The notes under the pieces: generated by a model
What the model was told of the DNA's origin: nothing
The model's database searches: none
What the model saw: only the letters and a program-made list of their open reading frames with translations
Shown here: in pieces, positions 30,168-40,975 of the stretch
Layout: each line of letters opens with the position of its first letter
How positions within the stretch are numbered: position 1 is the first letter of the stretch
Assembly (NCBI GenBank): GCA_965248755.1
Contig: OZ252149.1
Location: 2,208,001 to 2,272,000, forward strand
From: Candidatus Latescibacterota bacterium
GTDB taxonomy: Bacteria; Latescibacterota; CBDEFO01
DNA length: 64,000 nt
Reading direction: 5' to 3'
Program-made: the position numbers and the translations under genes

Positions 30168-31742
30168 ATGGATAAGGATAAAGTATTAATATTTGACACC
30201 ACCTTGAGAGACGGAGAGCAGTCGCCCGGCGCCAGTCTGGACATACACCAGAAGGTGGAGATCGCTCATCAACTGGCCAGGCTCAACATAGACATCATTG
30301 AGGCAGGCTTCCCCGTATCGTCTCCGGTTCAGTTTGAGGCTGTGGAGATAATAGCAAGAGAGGTGGAAGGTCCTATAATTGCAGGACTGGCAAGGGCCGT
30401 AAAGCTGGATATTGACAGGGCCTGGGAGGCTATAAAGGACACCAAAAAGCCCCGGATACATACCTTTATCGGCACGTCTGACATCCACATCGAGGGTAAG
30501 TTCGGCTCCGACAAGTACGGAGAAACGCTGGAGGAGAAGAGGGATACGATCCTCCAGATGGCTGTGGACTCCGTAAAGCTTGCAAAGAGCTATACACAGG
30601 ACGTGGAGTTTTCCCCTGAAGACGCGGGAAGGACAGATCCTGATTATCTATGTCGCATCGTTGAGGCTACGATAGACGCCGGAGCCACGACAGTAAATAT
30701 ACCGGATACTACGGGCTACTGCATGTGTGATGAATTTGGGGCTTTGATAAAGGTGCTCGTTGATAAGGTGCCCAACATCGACAACGCCATAATAAGCGTG
30801 CACTGCCACAACGATTTAGGGATGGCCGTTGCCAATTCCCTTGTGGCTGTAAATAACGGGGCAAGACAGGTCGAATGCACGGTAAATGGTCTGGGAGAAC
30901 GCGCTGGCAACGCCTCGTTGGAAGAGATCGTAATGGCGATCAAGACGCGCCGGGACATAACGTCCGTGCACACCGGCATCAAGACGGAGGAGATATACAG
31001 GACAAGCAGGCTTGTGTCCAATCTGACCGGGATACACGTTCAACCCAATAAAGCCATCGTAGGAGCGAACGCGTTCGCTCACGAGTCCGGCATACACGTG
31101 GATGGCGTCCTAAAAAAGAGAGAGACCTATGAGATCATGACCCCTGAGTCTATAGGTCTCGAATCCAGCAAGATAGTGCTCGGCCGACATTCGGGCAGAC
31201 ACGGGTTTAAGGTCAGAATAGAGGCCCTGGGATATAAGCTCTCAGATGAGGAGCTTGAACGGGCGTATGAGAGATTCCTAGAGGTGGCTGACAAAAAGAA
31301 GGAGGTCTTCGACGAGGATCTGGAGGCCATAGTCGAAGATGAGATAAGGGACGTCCCTGAGAAGTATCAGCTTGAGTATCTGCATACCTTGAGCGGGACG
31401 GATGCTATTCCGACAGCCACGATCAGGATGAGAATAGATGGGCAGGAGGTCGTTCAAGAGGCGGCCTGCGGAGATGGCCCTGTAGATGCTGCCTACAAGG
31501 CAATCGGGCAGGTTACAGATCTGGACGTGGAGCTTGAGCAATACTCCATTAGAGCCATCACCAGCGGGACAGAGGCTATGGGCGAGGCTATAGTCAGGCT
31601 TAAGGACGACGGCACAATCATTATTGGCAAGGGCGTCTCCACTGACGTGATCCTTGCCAGCGCAAAGGCATACGTTGACGGCCTGAACAAGTTAGTGGCA
31701 AAGAGGGAACAGAAGGAAGATAGGATAGAGCCAACCGTCTGA
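30168..31742 (+). CDS. leuA: 2-isopropylmalate synthase
   Basis: [40 protein letters not shown]. Start ATG 30168. Confidence 0.97.
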   Translation: MDKDKVLIFDTTLRDGEQSPGASLDIHQKVEIAHQLARLNIDIIEAGFPVSSPVQFEAVEIIAREVEGPIIAGLARAVKLDIDRAWEAIKDTKKPRIHTFIGTSDIHIEGKFGSDKYGETLEEKRDTILQMAVDSVKLAKSYTQDVEFSPEDAGRTDPDYLCRIVEATIDAGATTVNIPDTTGYCMCDEFGALIKVLVDKVPNIDNAIISVHCHNDLGMAVANSLVAVNNGARQVECTVNGLGERAGNASLEEIVMAIKTRRDITSVHTGIKTEEIYRTSRLVSNLTGIHVQPNKAIVGANAFAHESGIHVDGVLKKRETYEIMTPESIGLESSKIVLGRHSGRHGFKVRIEALGYKLSDEELERAYERFLEVADKKKEVFDEDLEAIVEDEIRDVPEKYQLEYLHTLSGTDAIPTATIRMRIDGQEVVQEAACGDGPVDAAYKAIGQVTDLDVELEQYSIRAITSGTEAMGEAIVRLKDDGTIIIGKGVSTDVILASAKAYVDGLNKLVAKREQKEDRIEPTV

Positions 31743-31744
31743 AA

Positions 31745-31826
31745 ACAAATAGACAGTAGACTGCAAACAGTAGACAGGACACCTAACCCAGCCCTGTGTA
31801 ATGTAGGGGCGAGGTCCACTTGTCCC
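31745..31826. repeat. Heptamer arm plus GTAG REP-like remnant
   Basis: TAGACAGTAGACTGCAAACAGTAGACAG and GTAGGGGCGAGG. Confidence 0.6.
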
Positions 31827-31843
31827 AGTCAGTGAGAAACTCT

Positions 31844-33247
31844 ATGAACGGCAGGACGATGTTTCAGAAGGTATGGGACACTCATGTTGTGCGAGAGCAC
31901 GGTGGAGAGCCGACCATCTTATATATAGATGTCCATCTGGTGCACGAAATCACTTCAGCTCAGGCGTTTGAGGGATTGAGACAGACGGGCAGAATCCTCC
32001 GGCGCCCAGATTTGACCTTTGCCACGATGGATCACAACGTCCCGACCACGGACAGATCGCTGCCTATCCTCGACGAAATTGCAAACAGACAGATGGAAAC
32101 GCTGGCCCAAAACTGTAAGGAGTATGGAGTTACTCTTTACGATCTTAACAGCCCGAACCAGGGGATCGTTCATATTATCGGCCCGGAGTTGGGGATTACA
32201 CAGCCGGGCAAGACTATTGTTTGCGGCGACAGTCATACATCTACTCATGGGGCTTTCGGAGCGCTCGCCTTCGGCATAGGAACCAGCGAGATCGAACACG
32301 TTCTAGCTTCTCAATGTCTCCTGCAGAATCGCCCAAAGACGCTCGAGATAAGAGTTGACGGCCAACTCTCAAAGGGCGTGACGGCCAAAGATGTCATATT
32401 GACGATTATCGGGAAGATGGGTATTAATGGCGGGACAGGAAAGGTGATAGAGTACACGGGCTCTGCGGTTAGATCTATGAGTATGGAGGAACGGATGACC
32501 GTGTGCAATATGTCCATTGAAGCAGGGGCAAAGGCAGGGATGGTCGCTCCAGACGATACTACGTTTGAATATCTTGCAGAACGTGAATTCTGTCCCAAAG
32601 GCGAAGATTTTGACCGCGCTGTAGAGAAATGGAAAAGACTTGTGACAGATGAAGACGCAACCTACGACGCGACGCTCCAGCTCAACGCAAATAGCGTTGT
32701 ACCCCAGGTGACATGGGGGACAAATCCAGGGATGGTGGTAGGTGTTACCGACGTTGTTCCTGATCCGGATAAGATGTCCAGCTCGGACGATCGAAAGGCC
32801 GCCCTGCGAGCACTTGACTATATGAATCTGAAGCCGAACACGAGGATAACCGACATCAAGATTGATAAGGTCTTCATCGGCAGTTGCACCAACTCCCGGA
32901 TCAGTGACCTGAGAGCGGCCACCTCCGTTATCAACGGGCGTAAAGTGGCGGATCACGTCCAAGTACTTGTTGTCCCCGGCTCGCAGTCTGTCAAGAGAGA
33001 GGCCGAAAGCGAGGGACTGGATACGGTATTCAAGGAAGCAGGGTTTGAATGGCGGGAGTCTGGGTGCAGTATGTGTCTCGGGATGAATCCAGATGTCCTT
33101 GGTGCCGGAGAGAGATGTGCCAGCACGTCCAACAGGAATTTTGAAGGCAGACAGGGCAAAGGCGGCAGGACACATTTAGTTAGCCCACAGATGGCCGCAG
33201 CCGCAGCTATTGCAGGTCACTTTGTGGATATTCGAAAGTGGGTATAA
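31844..33247 (+). CDS. leuC: 3-isopropylmalate dehydratase large subunit
   Basis: [48 protein letters not shown]. Confidence 0.97.
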   Translation: MNGRTMFQKVWDTHVVREHGGEPTILYIDVHLVHEITSAQAFEGLRQTGRILRRPDLTFATMDHNVPTTDRSLPILDEIANRQMETLAQNCKEYGVTLYDLNSPNQGIVHIIGPELGITQPGKTIVCGDSHTSTHGAFGALAFGIGTSEIEHVLASQCLLQNRPKTLEIRVDGQLSKGVTAKDVILTIIGKMGINGGTGKVIEYTGSAVRSMSMEERMTVCNMSIEAGAKAGMVAPDDTTFEYLAEREFCPKGEDFDRAVEKWKRLVTDEDATYDATLQLNANSVVPQVTWGTNPGMVVGVTDVVPDPDKMSSSDDRKAALRALDYMNLKPNTRITDIKIDKVFIGSCTNSRISDLRAATSVINGRKVADHVQVLVVPGSQSVKREAESEGLDTVFKEAGFEWRESGCSMCLGMNPDVLGAGERCASTSNRNFEGRQGKGGRTHLVSPQMAAAAAIAGHFVDIRKWV

Positions 33248-33258
33248 AAGGAGTCATA

Positions 33259-33888
33259 ATGGGGAATGTTATCAAATCCCCGAACCCCGATAGACTCAAT
33301 CGGGGCTCAATCGGGGACAGACACGTCGGGCTCTGTGTCCCGTTAGATCGCGTCGATGTAGATACGGATCAGATAATCCCCAAGCAGTTCCTCAAGAGGA
33401 TCGAGCGAACGGGATTTGGAGAATACCTTTTCCACGATTGGCGCTATCTGGAGGATGGGACGCTGAATCCCGATTTCCCGCTCAATCAGGAAAGATACAA
33501 CGGTGCCAGTATCTTAATCGCAAGAAGGAACTTCGGATGCGGCAGTTCCCGCGAGCATGCCCCCTGGGCGCTTGGGGATTTCGGAATCCCGGTGATTATC
33601 GCGCCCTCATTTGCGGATATTTTTCGCGGAAACTGCTATAAGAACGGGATGCTACCTATAGTGCTTCCAGATTCTCTCGTTGACAGGATATTTGCGGACG
33701 TTCTGCGACAGGTCGGCTATAAGATTACTGTCGATCTAGAAAATCAAGAGGTAGTACTTATGGATGGTACAACATATTCATTCGATATTGACGCCTTTGA
33801 GAAATACTGTCTGTTGGAAGGACTCGACGAGATCGGCTGGACACTGCAGTACAGAAAGGAAATAGAGGCTTTTGAAGGAAAAATGTAG
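33259..33888 (+). CDS. leuD: 3-isopropylmalate dehydratase small subunit with N-terminal repeat-derived insertion
   Basis: [38 protein letters not shown] before ATG 33259. Confidence 0.96.
   Translation: MGNVIKSPNPDRLNRGSIGDRHVGLCVPLDRVDVDTDQIIPKQFLKRIERTGFGEYLFHDWRYLEDGTLNPDFPLNQERYNGASILIARRNFGCGSSREHAPWALGDFGIPVIIAPSFADIFRGNCYKNGMLPIVLPDSLVDRIFADVLRQVGYKITVDLENQEVVLMDGTTYSFDIDAFEKYCLLEGLDEIGWTLQYRKEIEAFEGKM
33278..33316. repeat. Self-nested pair of 21-bp palindromic elements in leuD (39 bp)
   Basis: CCCCGA-A-[CCCCGATAGACTCAATCGGGG]-CTCAATCGGGG. Confidence 0.85.
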
Positions 33889-33977
33889 GGGCGCCGTGGC
33901 GCTCTGTTAGGGAGCATGAAGTGGAGGCAGCAAAGCGCCAAGTGATGTACGCGCACGAATTGGACGACCAATTTAAA

Positions 33978-35051
33978 GTGGAGACAAAATTGTACAAAGT
34001 AGCCGTAATACCGGGAGATGGGACAGGTCCTGAGGTAGTGGTGGAAGGGCTTAAAGCGCTAGAAGCCATAGCAGATAAGGCCGACCTTAAATATGAAGTT
34101 ACAACTTTCGATTTCGGAGGGGAAAGGTATAAAAGAACCGGGGAGGTCATTCCCGATTCTGCGGTCGAAGAGTTGAGAAAGTTCGACGCCATATACTTAG
34201 GTGCTATCGGTCATCCCGACGTCGCACCCGGCATCCTGGAAAAGGGCATCCTTTTAAGACTCAGATTCGAACTGGATCAGTACATCAATCTGCGTCCCGT
34301 TAAGCTCTACCCAGGGGTTGAGACTCCCATAAAGGATAAGGGTCCAGAGGATATAGATTTTGTGGTAGTTAGAGAGAATACGGAGGGGATCTACACTGGT
34401 ACAGGTGGCTTTGTAAAGAAGGGCACACCAGATGAGATCGCCGTTCAGGAGTCGATTAATACGCGGAAAGGCGTCGAAAGGTGCATTCGATACGCCTTCC
34501 AACTGTGTGGTAGGCGCGAAAAGGAAAAGACCGTAACTCTCTGCGGCAAGACCAATGTGCTCACGTACGCCTTTGATCTTTGGGAGCGCGTCTTTCACGA
34601 AGTGGGAGCAAAGGACTATCCCGAGATAAAGCGGGAATACGCCCACGTGGACGCCACCTGCATGTGGATGGTCAAGAATCCTGAATGGTTTGACGTGATA
34701 GTCACTGACAATATGTTCGGCGACATCATAACCGATCTTGGAGCCATGATACAGGGCGGCATGGGCATAGCGGCAGGCGGGAATATCAATCCTGAGGGCG
34801 TCTCCATGTTTGAGCCTATAGGGGGCTCGGCCCCCAAGTACACGGGACAGGGCATCATCAATCCTATGGCTGCGATCTCCGCGTGCCAAATGATGCTGAA
34901 CGTTTTAGGGGAATCAAAGGCATCCCGAATACTCGAAAACGCTATAGTGGAGGTGTTGAGCACGAAACTCAAGAGCCTTTCGGCTGGGGAAATGGGCTAT
35001 ACCACTAGTCAAGTCGGCGACCTTGTGGCCGAGGCAGTAGCCAAGGCGTAG
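33978..35051 (+). CDS. leuB: 3-isopropylmalate dehydrogenase
   Basis: IPGDGTGPEV, NLRP, VRENTEG.Y, NMFGDIITD, FEPIGGSAP. Start uncertain (33921-33990). Confidence 0.93.
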   Translation: METKLYKVAVIPGDGTGPEVVVEGLKALEAIADKADLKYEVTTFDFGGERYKRTGEVIPDSAVEELRKFDAIYLGAIGHPDVAPGILEKGILLRLRFELDQYINLRPVKLYPGVETPIKDKGPEDIDFVVVRENTEGIYTGTGGFVKKGTPDEIAVQESINTRKGVERCIRYAFQLCGRREKEKTVTLCGKTNVLTYAFDLWERVFHEVGAKDYPEIKREYAHVDATCMWMVKNPEWFDVIVTDNMFGDIITDLGAMIQGGMGIAAGGNINPEGVSMFEPIGGSAPKYTGQGIINPMAAISACQMMLNVLGESKASRILENAIVEVLSTKLKSLSAGEMGYTTSQVGDLVAEAVAKA

Positions 35052-35108
35052 AAGATCTAAGAAAGTGCCCGAGGGGCAAAATGATCGAAAGGTGCAGGAG
35101 GTATTGCG

Positions 35109-36704
35109 TTGGGAGCAGAAGTGGAAGTTTTCGACTCGACTTTGAGAGATGGGGCTCAGGGCGAGGGCATCAATTTCTCTTTGGAGGATAAGATCTCTAT
35201 CGCCCGAAGGCTGGACTCTTTAGGAGTCCACTATATCGAGGGTGGCTGGCCCAATCCCACCAATCCGAAGGATCTGGCCTTCTTTGAAAGATCAAAGGAT
35301 TACAAGTTCAAAAACGCCAGGATCACTGCATTCGGCTCTACCAGGAGGACGGCAAATAAGCCCGAAGACGATGCGATATTGAACACTCTCTTAAACGCCC
35401 AAACCGAGGCCATAGCCATCTTCGGAAAGAGTTGGGACCTTCACGTGACAGAGGTGTTAAGGACGACTTTGGATGAGAATCTGATATTGATTGAGGACTC
35501 GGTGCGTTATCTTAAAGACAAGGGCAAAGAGGTCATCTATGACGCTGAGCACTATTTCGACGGCTATAGAGCAGATCCTCGTTATGCAATTAAGACTCTG
35601 ATCGCAGCAGAGGAGGGAGGAGCGGATATTCTGGTCTTGTGCGATACCAACGGGGGAATGCTCACTTCAGATATCGAGGAGATAATAAAGGAGACCGTAA
35701 AGTACATTTCGATTTCCTTCGGGATACATACTCACAACGACGCTGGATCTGCAGAATCCAACACGATAGCCGCTGTGCAGTTGGGCGCCCTTCAGGTTCA
35801 GGGAACCATAAACGGCTACGGTGAACGCTGCGGGAACGCGAATCTTTGCACTGTAATTCCAAGTATCGAGCTCAAGCTGAATCTGGCATGTATCGGGAGA
35901 GAGAAACTGTCTGAACTGATGGAGGTATCCCGCTATGTAAGCGAAGTGGCAAACGTCTTTCACGATCACAGACAGCCCTACGTGGGGAAGAGCGCCTTTG
36001 CCCACAAGGGAGGAGCGCACGCGGATGGGGTTATGAAGGTGAGGCGCTCTTTCGAGCATGTCGAGCCGCAATCTGTGGGCAATGAGCGGCGATTCCTAGT
36101 CTCCGATCAGTCGGGCGGATCTACTGTAGTAAGTAAGTTACAAAGGATTAAACCACAGATCAGCAAGCAGGACCGTGACGTCGGGAAGGTCCTGGCTGAT
36201 GTGAAGCAACTTGAAAACCAGGGATACGCCTTTGAAGATGCCGATGCTTCGTTCGAAATCCGTGCAAGAAAGATCATGGGCAGCTATCAGGAGCCTTTCC
36301 GTACGATAAGCTATCGCACTGTGGTAAGACAGGACGAAGACGGACGGCTCTTCTCCGAAGCTATAGTTGAGGTATCTGTGAGTGGAGAAAACGAACATAC
36401 GGTCGGAAAGGGAAATGGGCCTGTAAACGCGCTCGATAACGCTCTGAGAAAGGCTCTCCACAGGTTCTATCCTGAGCTTGAACAGGTTCATCTTGAGGAC
36501 TATAAGGTTCGCGTGCTTTCGAGCGGAGACGGAACCGCAGCAAAGATGAGGGTACTGATCGAATCTTCAGACGGGAAAGACTCATGGGGCACTGTCGGCG
36601 TCTCTACGAATGTGATAGAGGCAAGCTGGATAGCTTTAGTGGACAGTTTGAGCTATAAGATATTAAGACAAGTAGATAGTAGAACAGACATTCTGTCTAC
36701 TTAG
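35109..36704 (+). CDS. cimA: Citramalate synthase
   Basis: DSTLRDGAQGEG, YIEGGWP..NPKD, GKSWDLHV, YDAEHYFDG, AFAHKGG, DYKVRVL, WGTVGVS.NVIEAS. Confidence 0.93.
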   Translation: MGAEVEVFDSTLRDGAQGEGINFSLEDKISIARRLDSLGVHYIEGGWPNPTNPKDLAFFERSKDYKFKNARITAFGSTRRTANKPEDDAILNTLLNAQTEAIAIFGKSWDLHVTEVLRTTLDENLILIEDSVRYLKDKGKEVIYDAEHYFDGYRADPRYAIKTLIAAEEGGADILVLCDTNGGMLTSDIEEIIKETVKYISISFGIHTHNDAGSAESNTIAAVQLGALQVQGTINGYGERCGNANLCTVIPSIELKLNLACIGREKLSELMEVSRYVSEVANVFHDHRQPYVGKSAFAHKGGAHADGVMKVRRSFEHVEPQSVGNERRFLVSDQSGGSTVVSKLQRIKPQISKQDRDVGKVLADVKQLENQGYAFEDADASFEIRARKIMGSYQEPFRTISYRTVVRQDEDGRLFSEAIVEVSVSGENEHTVGKGNGPVNALDNALRKALHRFYPELEQVHLEDYKVRVLSSGDGTAAKMRVLIESSDGKDSWGTVGVSTNVIEASWIALVDSLSYKILRQVDSRTDILST

Positions 36705-36765
36705 ACAGTGGACACGGGCACTTCCCCTCCTCCCCTGTATGCTTTCTACTGTTTGCCGTCTAATA
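36668..36765. repeat. Heptamer/GTAG repeat overlapping cimA 3' end
   Basis: ACAAGTAGATAGTAGAACAGACATTCTGTCTACTTAGACAG, near-identical to 55781-55821. Confidence 0.75.
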
Positions 36766-36782
36766 ATTTAGGGCCTATCTAA

Positions 36783-37952
36783 ATGATTAAAACTCAGCGT
36801 TTGGAAAGACTTCCGCCCTATATGTTTGGTCGCATCAACGACCTCAAGCTCAAACTCCGACAGCAGGGCGTTGACATTATTGACCTGGGGATGGGATGTC
36901 CCGACAGACCTGCTCCCTCGCACATAATAGAGAAACTGTGCGAAGTGGCGCACGATCCCAAGGCGCATCGGTATTCAGCGTCAAAGGGAATACCCGCCAC
37001 CAGGAAGGCCATCTGCCGCCACTATAAACGCCGCTTTGACGTGGATCTGGATTGGGAGGAAGAGGTGATATCAGTGATAGGCTCTAAGGAGGGTTTGGCC
37101 CACATATGCCTGGCGCTGCTCGATCCGGGAGATCTGGCTCTGGTTCCCAATCCCACGTACCCGATCCACATCTACGGTGTGGCTATAGCTGGCGGAAACG
37201 TGGTCAGCATTCCATTGAAGGAAGAAAAGGACTTCGTTCCGGACATAGAGGAGATCACAAGAGAACTGTGGCCAAAGCCCAAGATGATGATCTTCAACTT
37301 TCCCCACAATCCCACAGCGGCCACTGTAGACATTGGGTTTTTAGAGGAGCTCGCTGCCTTCGGACGGAAGCAGGGGATAGTCGTCATACACGATATGGCG
37401 TATTCGGACATCGTGTTCGACGGTTACGAGGCTCCGAGCCTTATGCAAGTTAAGGGTGCAAAGGACGTCGGCGTCGAGTTCTTCACCATGTCCAAATCCT
37501 ACAACATGGCCGGCTGGAGGATCGGCTTCTGCGTGGGCAACAGGGACGTCATAGCGGCACTTGCAAAGATAAAGGGATATTACGACTACGGTATCTTTAC
37601 TCCTGTCCAGGTGGCTGCAATAGCGGCCCTGGACGGACCTCAAGACTGCGTAAGAGAAGCGGCACAGATTTACAAGAACAGGAGAGACGTCCTGGTGGAC
37701 GGTCTGAATCGCATAGGATGGCCTATCCAAAAGCCGAGGGCAACTATGTTCGTCTGGGCCGCCCTGCCCGAGGAATATAAGTCTATGGGATCTATCGAGT
37801 TTTCCATGAAGCTTATGAAGGAAGCGGAGGTCGCGGTGGCCCCGGGTGTGGGCTTCGGGGATAAGGGAGAAGGGTACGTCAGAATCGCCCTTGTTGAAAA
37901 CGAGCATCGCATCAGACAAGCGGTCAGGAATATCAAAAAATGCCTCTTTTGA
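36783..37952 (+). CDS. alaC: Class I/II PLP aminotransferase, AlaC-like
   Basis: [63 protein letters not shown]. Confidence 0.8.
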   Translation: MIKTQRLERLPPYMFGRINDLKLKLRQQGVDIIDLGMGCPDRPAPSHIIEKLCEVAHDPKAHRYSASKGIPATRKAICRHYKRRFDVDLDWEEEVISVIGSKEGLAHICLALLDPGDLALVPNPTYPIHIYGVAIAGGNVVSIPLKEEKDFVPDIEEITRELWPKPKMMIFNFPHNPTAATVDIGFLEELAAFGRKQGIVVIHDMAYSDIVFDGYEAPSLMQVKGAKDVGVEFFTMSKSYNMAGWRIGFCVGNRDVIAALAKIKGYYDYGIFTPVQVAAIAALDGPQDCVREAAQIYKNRRDVLVDGLNRIGWPIQKPRATMFVWAALPEEYKSMGSIEFSMKLMKEAEVAVAPGVGFGDKGEGYVRIALVENEHRIRQAVRNIKKCLF

Positions 37953-38014
37953 GATTGCTTTGGGGTTGCAACTCACACAATGACCGAAGGCAAAAAACCA
38001 AGTAATGTCATTGC
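37951..38014. repeat. GAGATTGC..CAATGAC / GTCATTGC repeat remnant
   Basis: GAGATTGCTT..ACAATGAC, then GTCATTGC at 38007. Confidence 0.55.
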
Positions 38015-38071
38015 TTCCCATCTAGCGATTTTCATCCATACAAAATGTCACAAAGATAAAAGGACACTAGA

Positions 38072-39277
38072 GTGAACGTCATACGAGGTTCTGTAACAAC
38101 TCCCAAAGGCTTCAAAGCGGCTGGGATACGCTGCGGGATAAAGGACCATCCTGACCTTAGGGACTTGTCTTTGATATTATCAGAGAACCCTGGAAATGCG
38201 GCGGCTGTCTATACACAAAATAAAGTAAAGGCACCGCCGATTTTTCTTAATCAGAAACATTTAGAGGACGGCAGGGCACAGGCCATAATCGCAAATAGCG
38301 GAAACGCCAACGCATGTACAGGCGACAGGGGATTTAAGGACGCAGAGAGGACTGCAAAGCTGACCGCAGAAGTTCTGGGTATAAGAATTGAGGACGTGCT
38401 TGTGACATCTACGGGTGTCATAGGAGTCCCGCTACCTATGGACAAGATTGAGGCTGGGATCAAGAGAATCGCACAAGAACTTTCTGTGGACGGTGGAGAC
38501 GCAGCGGCGCTTGGAATTATGACTACAGATACTTTCCCCAAAAAGATCGCAGTCGAAATCCATCTTTCAGACGGTCTTGTATCTGTAGGAGGAATTGCAA
38601 AGGGATCCGGGATGATCTCTCCCAATATGGCTACTATGCATTGCTTTATTACTACTGACGCTTCCATAGAATCTGATCTTTTAGCAGAACTGCTGTGCAA
38701 ATCTGTTGCTCGTTCGTTCAACTGCATAACGGTTGACGGAGATATGAGCACCAGCGACACTGTGATCGTGCTGGCTAACGGAATGTCGGGGACATCTTCC
38801 CTTTTACGGGAGTCTGATGATACTGCCAAGTTTGCGGAGGCACTGGACTTCGCGACGCTTGAGCTTGCCAAGATGATAGCCAAAGATGGAGAGGGCGCCA
38901 CGAAATTTGTGACTGTCAAAGTGGAGGGAGCAAGGACATTTGAAGATGCGAAAAAGGCAGCAAAATCTGTAGCTGAGTCGAATCTGGTCAAGACGGCTGT
39001 GTTCGGAAGGGACCCGAACTGGGGCAGGATCCTGTGCGCCCTAGGATACTCAGGCGTAGATGTGGATGAGCGAACTATAAAGGTCAAGATCGGAGACATC
39101 TCAGTCTACCAGAACGGTCTCGGAGTCGATTTCGATCACGCAAAGGCAGTAGAGGTCTTGTCTGAGGAGAACGTCTGTATCGACATAGACCTGGGGCAAG
39201 GTTCAGAGAAGATAGAGTTCTACACCTGCGACCTTACCTACGATTATGTGAAGATAAACGCTGAGTACACAACTTGA
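38072..39277 (+). CDS. argJ: Ornithine acetyltransferase / N-acetylglutamate synthase
   Basis: NSGNANA.TG, STGVIG, IMTTDT, KGSGMISPNMATM, DGEGATK, DPNWGR, YVKINAEYTT. Confidence 0.97.
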   Translation: MNVIRGSVTTPKGFKAAGIRCGIKDHPDLRDLSLILSENPGNAAAVYTQNKVKAPPIFLNQKHLEDGRAQAIIANSGNANACTGDRGFKDAERTAKLTAEVLGIRIEDVLVTSTGVIGVPLPMDKIEAGIKRIAQELSVDGGDAAALGIMTTDTFPKKIAVEIHLSDGLVSVGGIAKGSGMISPNMATMHCFITTDASIESDLLAELLCKSVARSFNCITVDGDMSTSDTVIVLANGMSGTSSLLRESDDTAKFAEALDFATLELAKMIAKDGEGATKFVTVKVEGARTFEDAKKAAKSVAESNLVKTAVFGRDPNWGRILCALGYSGVDVDERTIKVKIGDISVYQNGLGVDFDHAKAVEVLSEENVCIDIDLGQGSEKIEFYTCDLTYDYVKINAEYTT

Positions 39278-39297
39278 TGTCCCCTCCAAAAGTATCG

Positions 39298-39350
39298 GTG
39301 GGTCAGACATTCTCCCTCTGACATGGAACAGACAAAAATGTCTGTTCTAC
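39298..39350. repeat. REP-like doublet (reverse copy of GTAGAACAGACATT)
   Basis: GTCAGACATTCTCCCTCTGAC and GAACAGACAAAAATGTCTGTTCTAC. Confidence 0.6.
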
Positions 39351-39379
39351 TAATTTGGGGGAAAAAAGAAGGATCAAGA

Positions 39380-40576
39380 ATGGAAATTTCGAGGAACGTA
39401 CAGAGAATGGAGCCTTCTATAACTATGGCCGTAACAGACAAGGCAAAGGCTATGAAGGCGCAGGGGATCGATGTAATCTCGATGAGCGCGGGAGAGCCGG
39501 ACTTCGACACTCCAGAGAACATAAAGGAGGCGGCATACAGGGCTATAGAGAGCGGATTTACGAAGTACACACCGGCGGTGGGCATCCCTGAGCTGAGAGA
39601 GGCTATCTGCCAGAAATTTAAGAAAGACAATGATTTAGATTACGAGCCTTCGGAAGTTGTGGTAAGCTGTGGGGCCAAGCACTCGATATTCATAGCTGTG
39701 ATGGCCCTCCTGAATCCGGGTGATGAGGTCATAATCCCCGCTCCGTATTGGGTCACCTATACTGAACAGCCCAAGCTTGCAGGTGGGAATCCCGTGGTCG
39801 TGAAGGCTCAGAAGGAAACGGGCCTCAAGATCACCCCCAAACAGTTGAAGGATGCAGTTACCCCCAAGACCAAGCTGTTCATGCTGAATAGCCCATCCAA
39901 TCCGAGCGGTGCTGTCTACACTAAGGAGGAATTAAAGGGGCTTGCGGATGTCCTTTTAGATGCAGGCGTCTGGGTCATCTCCGACGAGATGTACGAGAGC
40001 ATAATCTACAACGGCGAGGTTCACTACAGCATCGCCGCCCTTCGAGATGGGATGAAGGATCAGACCATCACTGTGAACGGTGTGTCCAAGACCTACGCTA
40101 TGACGGGCTGGAGGATAGGATATGCCGCAGGACCTGGTGACGTCATAAAGGATATGGGTAAGATCCAGAGCCAGGAGACGTCAAATCCCTCCTCCATCTC
40201 TCAGATGGCGGCTCTGGAAGCTATAACGGGTCCCAAGGACGCTTTTAATGAGATGCTCAAAGCCTTCGGAGAGCGCCGGAGATATATTCTAGATAGGCTG
40301 AATTCTATTGAGGGAGTATGGTGCATCACTCCCAAAGGTTCCTTCTACGCCTATCCCGATGTATCGTCTTACTATGGCTCTCGCTTCACCGGGAAAGCCA
40401 TAGAAGGCTCGGTCGCCATGTGCACTTATCTCCTTGAAGAGGCGAAGGTCGCCTGCGTGCCCGGCGCAGGCTTCGGGACGGATGAAAACATAAGGCTTTC
40501 ATACGCTACGTCTATGGAGAATATAGAGAAGGCTCTGGACAGAATAGAAGAGGGGCTGAGCAGGCTGGATAGATAG
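39380..40576 (+). CDS. aspC: Aspartate aminotransferase (class I)
   Basis: GEPDFDTP, GAKHS, NSPSNPSG, SDEMY, SKTYAMTGWRIGY, IRLSYA. Confidence 0.9.
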   Translation: MEISRNVQRMEPSITMAVTDKAKAMKAQGIDVISMSAGEPDFDTPENIKEAAYRAIESGFTKYTPAVGIPELREAICQKFKKDNDLDYEPSEVVVSCGAKHSIFIAVMALLNPGDEVIIPAPYWVTYTEQPKLAGGNPVVVKAQKETGLKITPKQLKDAVTPKTKLFMLNSPSNPSGAVYTKEELKGLADVLLDAGVWVISDEMYESIIYNGEVHYSIAALRDGMKDQTITVNGVSKTYAMTGWRIGYAAGPGDVIKDMGKIQSQETSNPSSISQMAALEAITGPKDAFNEMLKAFGERRRYILDRLNSIEGVWCITPKGSFYAYPDVSSYYGSRFTGKAIEGSVAMCTYLLEEAKVACVPGAGFGTDENIRLSYATSMENIEKALDRIEEGLSRLDR

Positions 40577-40665
40577 GCGGAACTTAGAATAAATAGAATT
40601 GTCTACACAATAGCGAAGTTAGGCAAGAATTACAGAAAGACACCTAATCAAAAAGGGATAGCAAG

Positions 40666-40887
40666 ATGCTCGATAGAGGAGTTGTGCGAGAATTTCTGGA
40701 TGAAAAACTCATAGCGATAGGAATACCTGAAGATATTTCCAACGAGGCGCTGGTAGAGACCTTCCGGAAATATACTGAGGATGATTGCTATGAGTGGCTG
40801 AAGGACAATTCCAAATCCTTCTTAACTCATGGAAAACCCGATTGGGACTGGATTAGAGGGAGGATTGAGCACTATTCAAAAGAATAG
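40666..40887 (+). CDS. Small hypothetical protein
   Basis: 73-aa ORF with protein-like composition and purine-rich RBS. No family recognised. Confidence 0.5.
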   Translation: MLDRGVVREFLDEKLIAIGIPEDISNEALVETFRKYTEDDCYEWLKDNSKSFLTHGKPDWDWIRGRIEHYSKE

Positions 40888-40975
40888 CTGGTAACACTTT
40901 CCAACCCATAATTATAGCGATAGCCCCCATCGCAATAATAAGTTTTAGCGGTGTTACGCAGGGTCATCTACTGAT

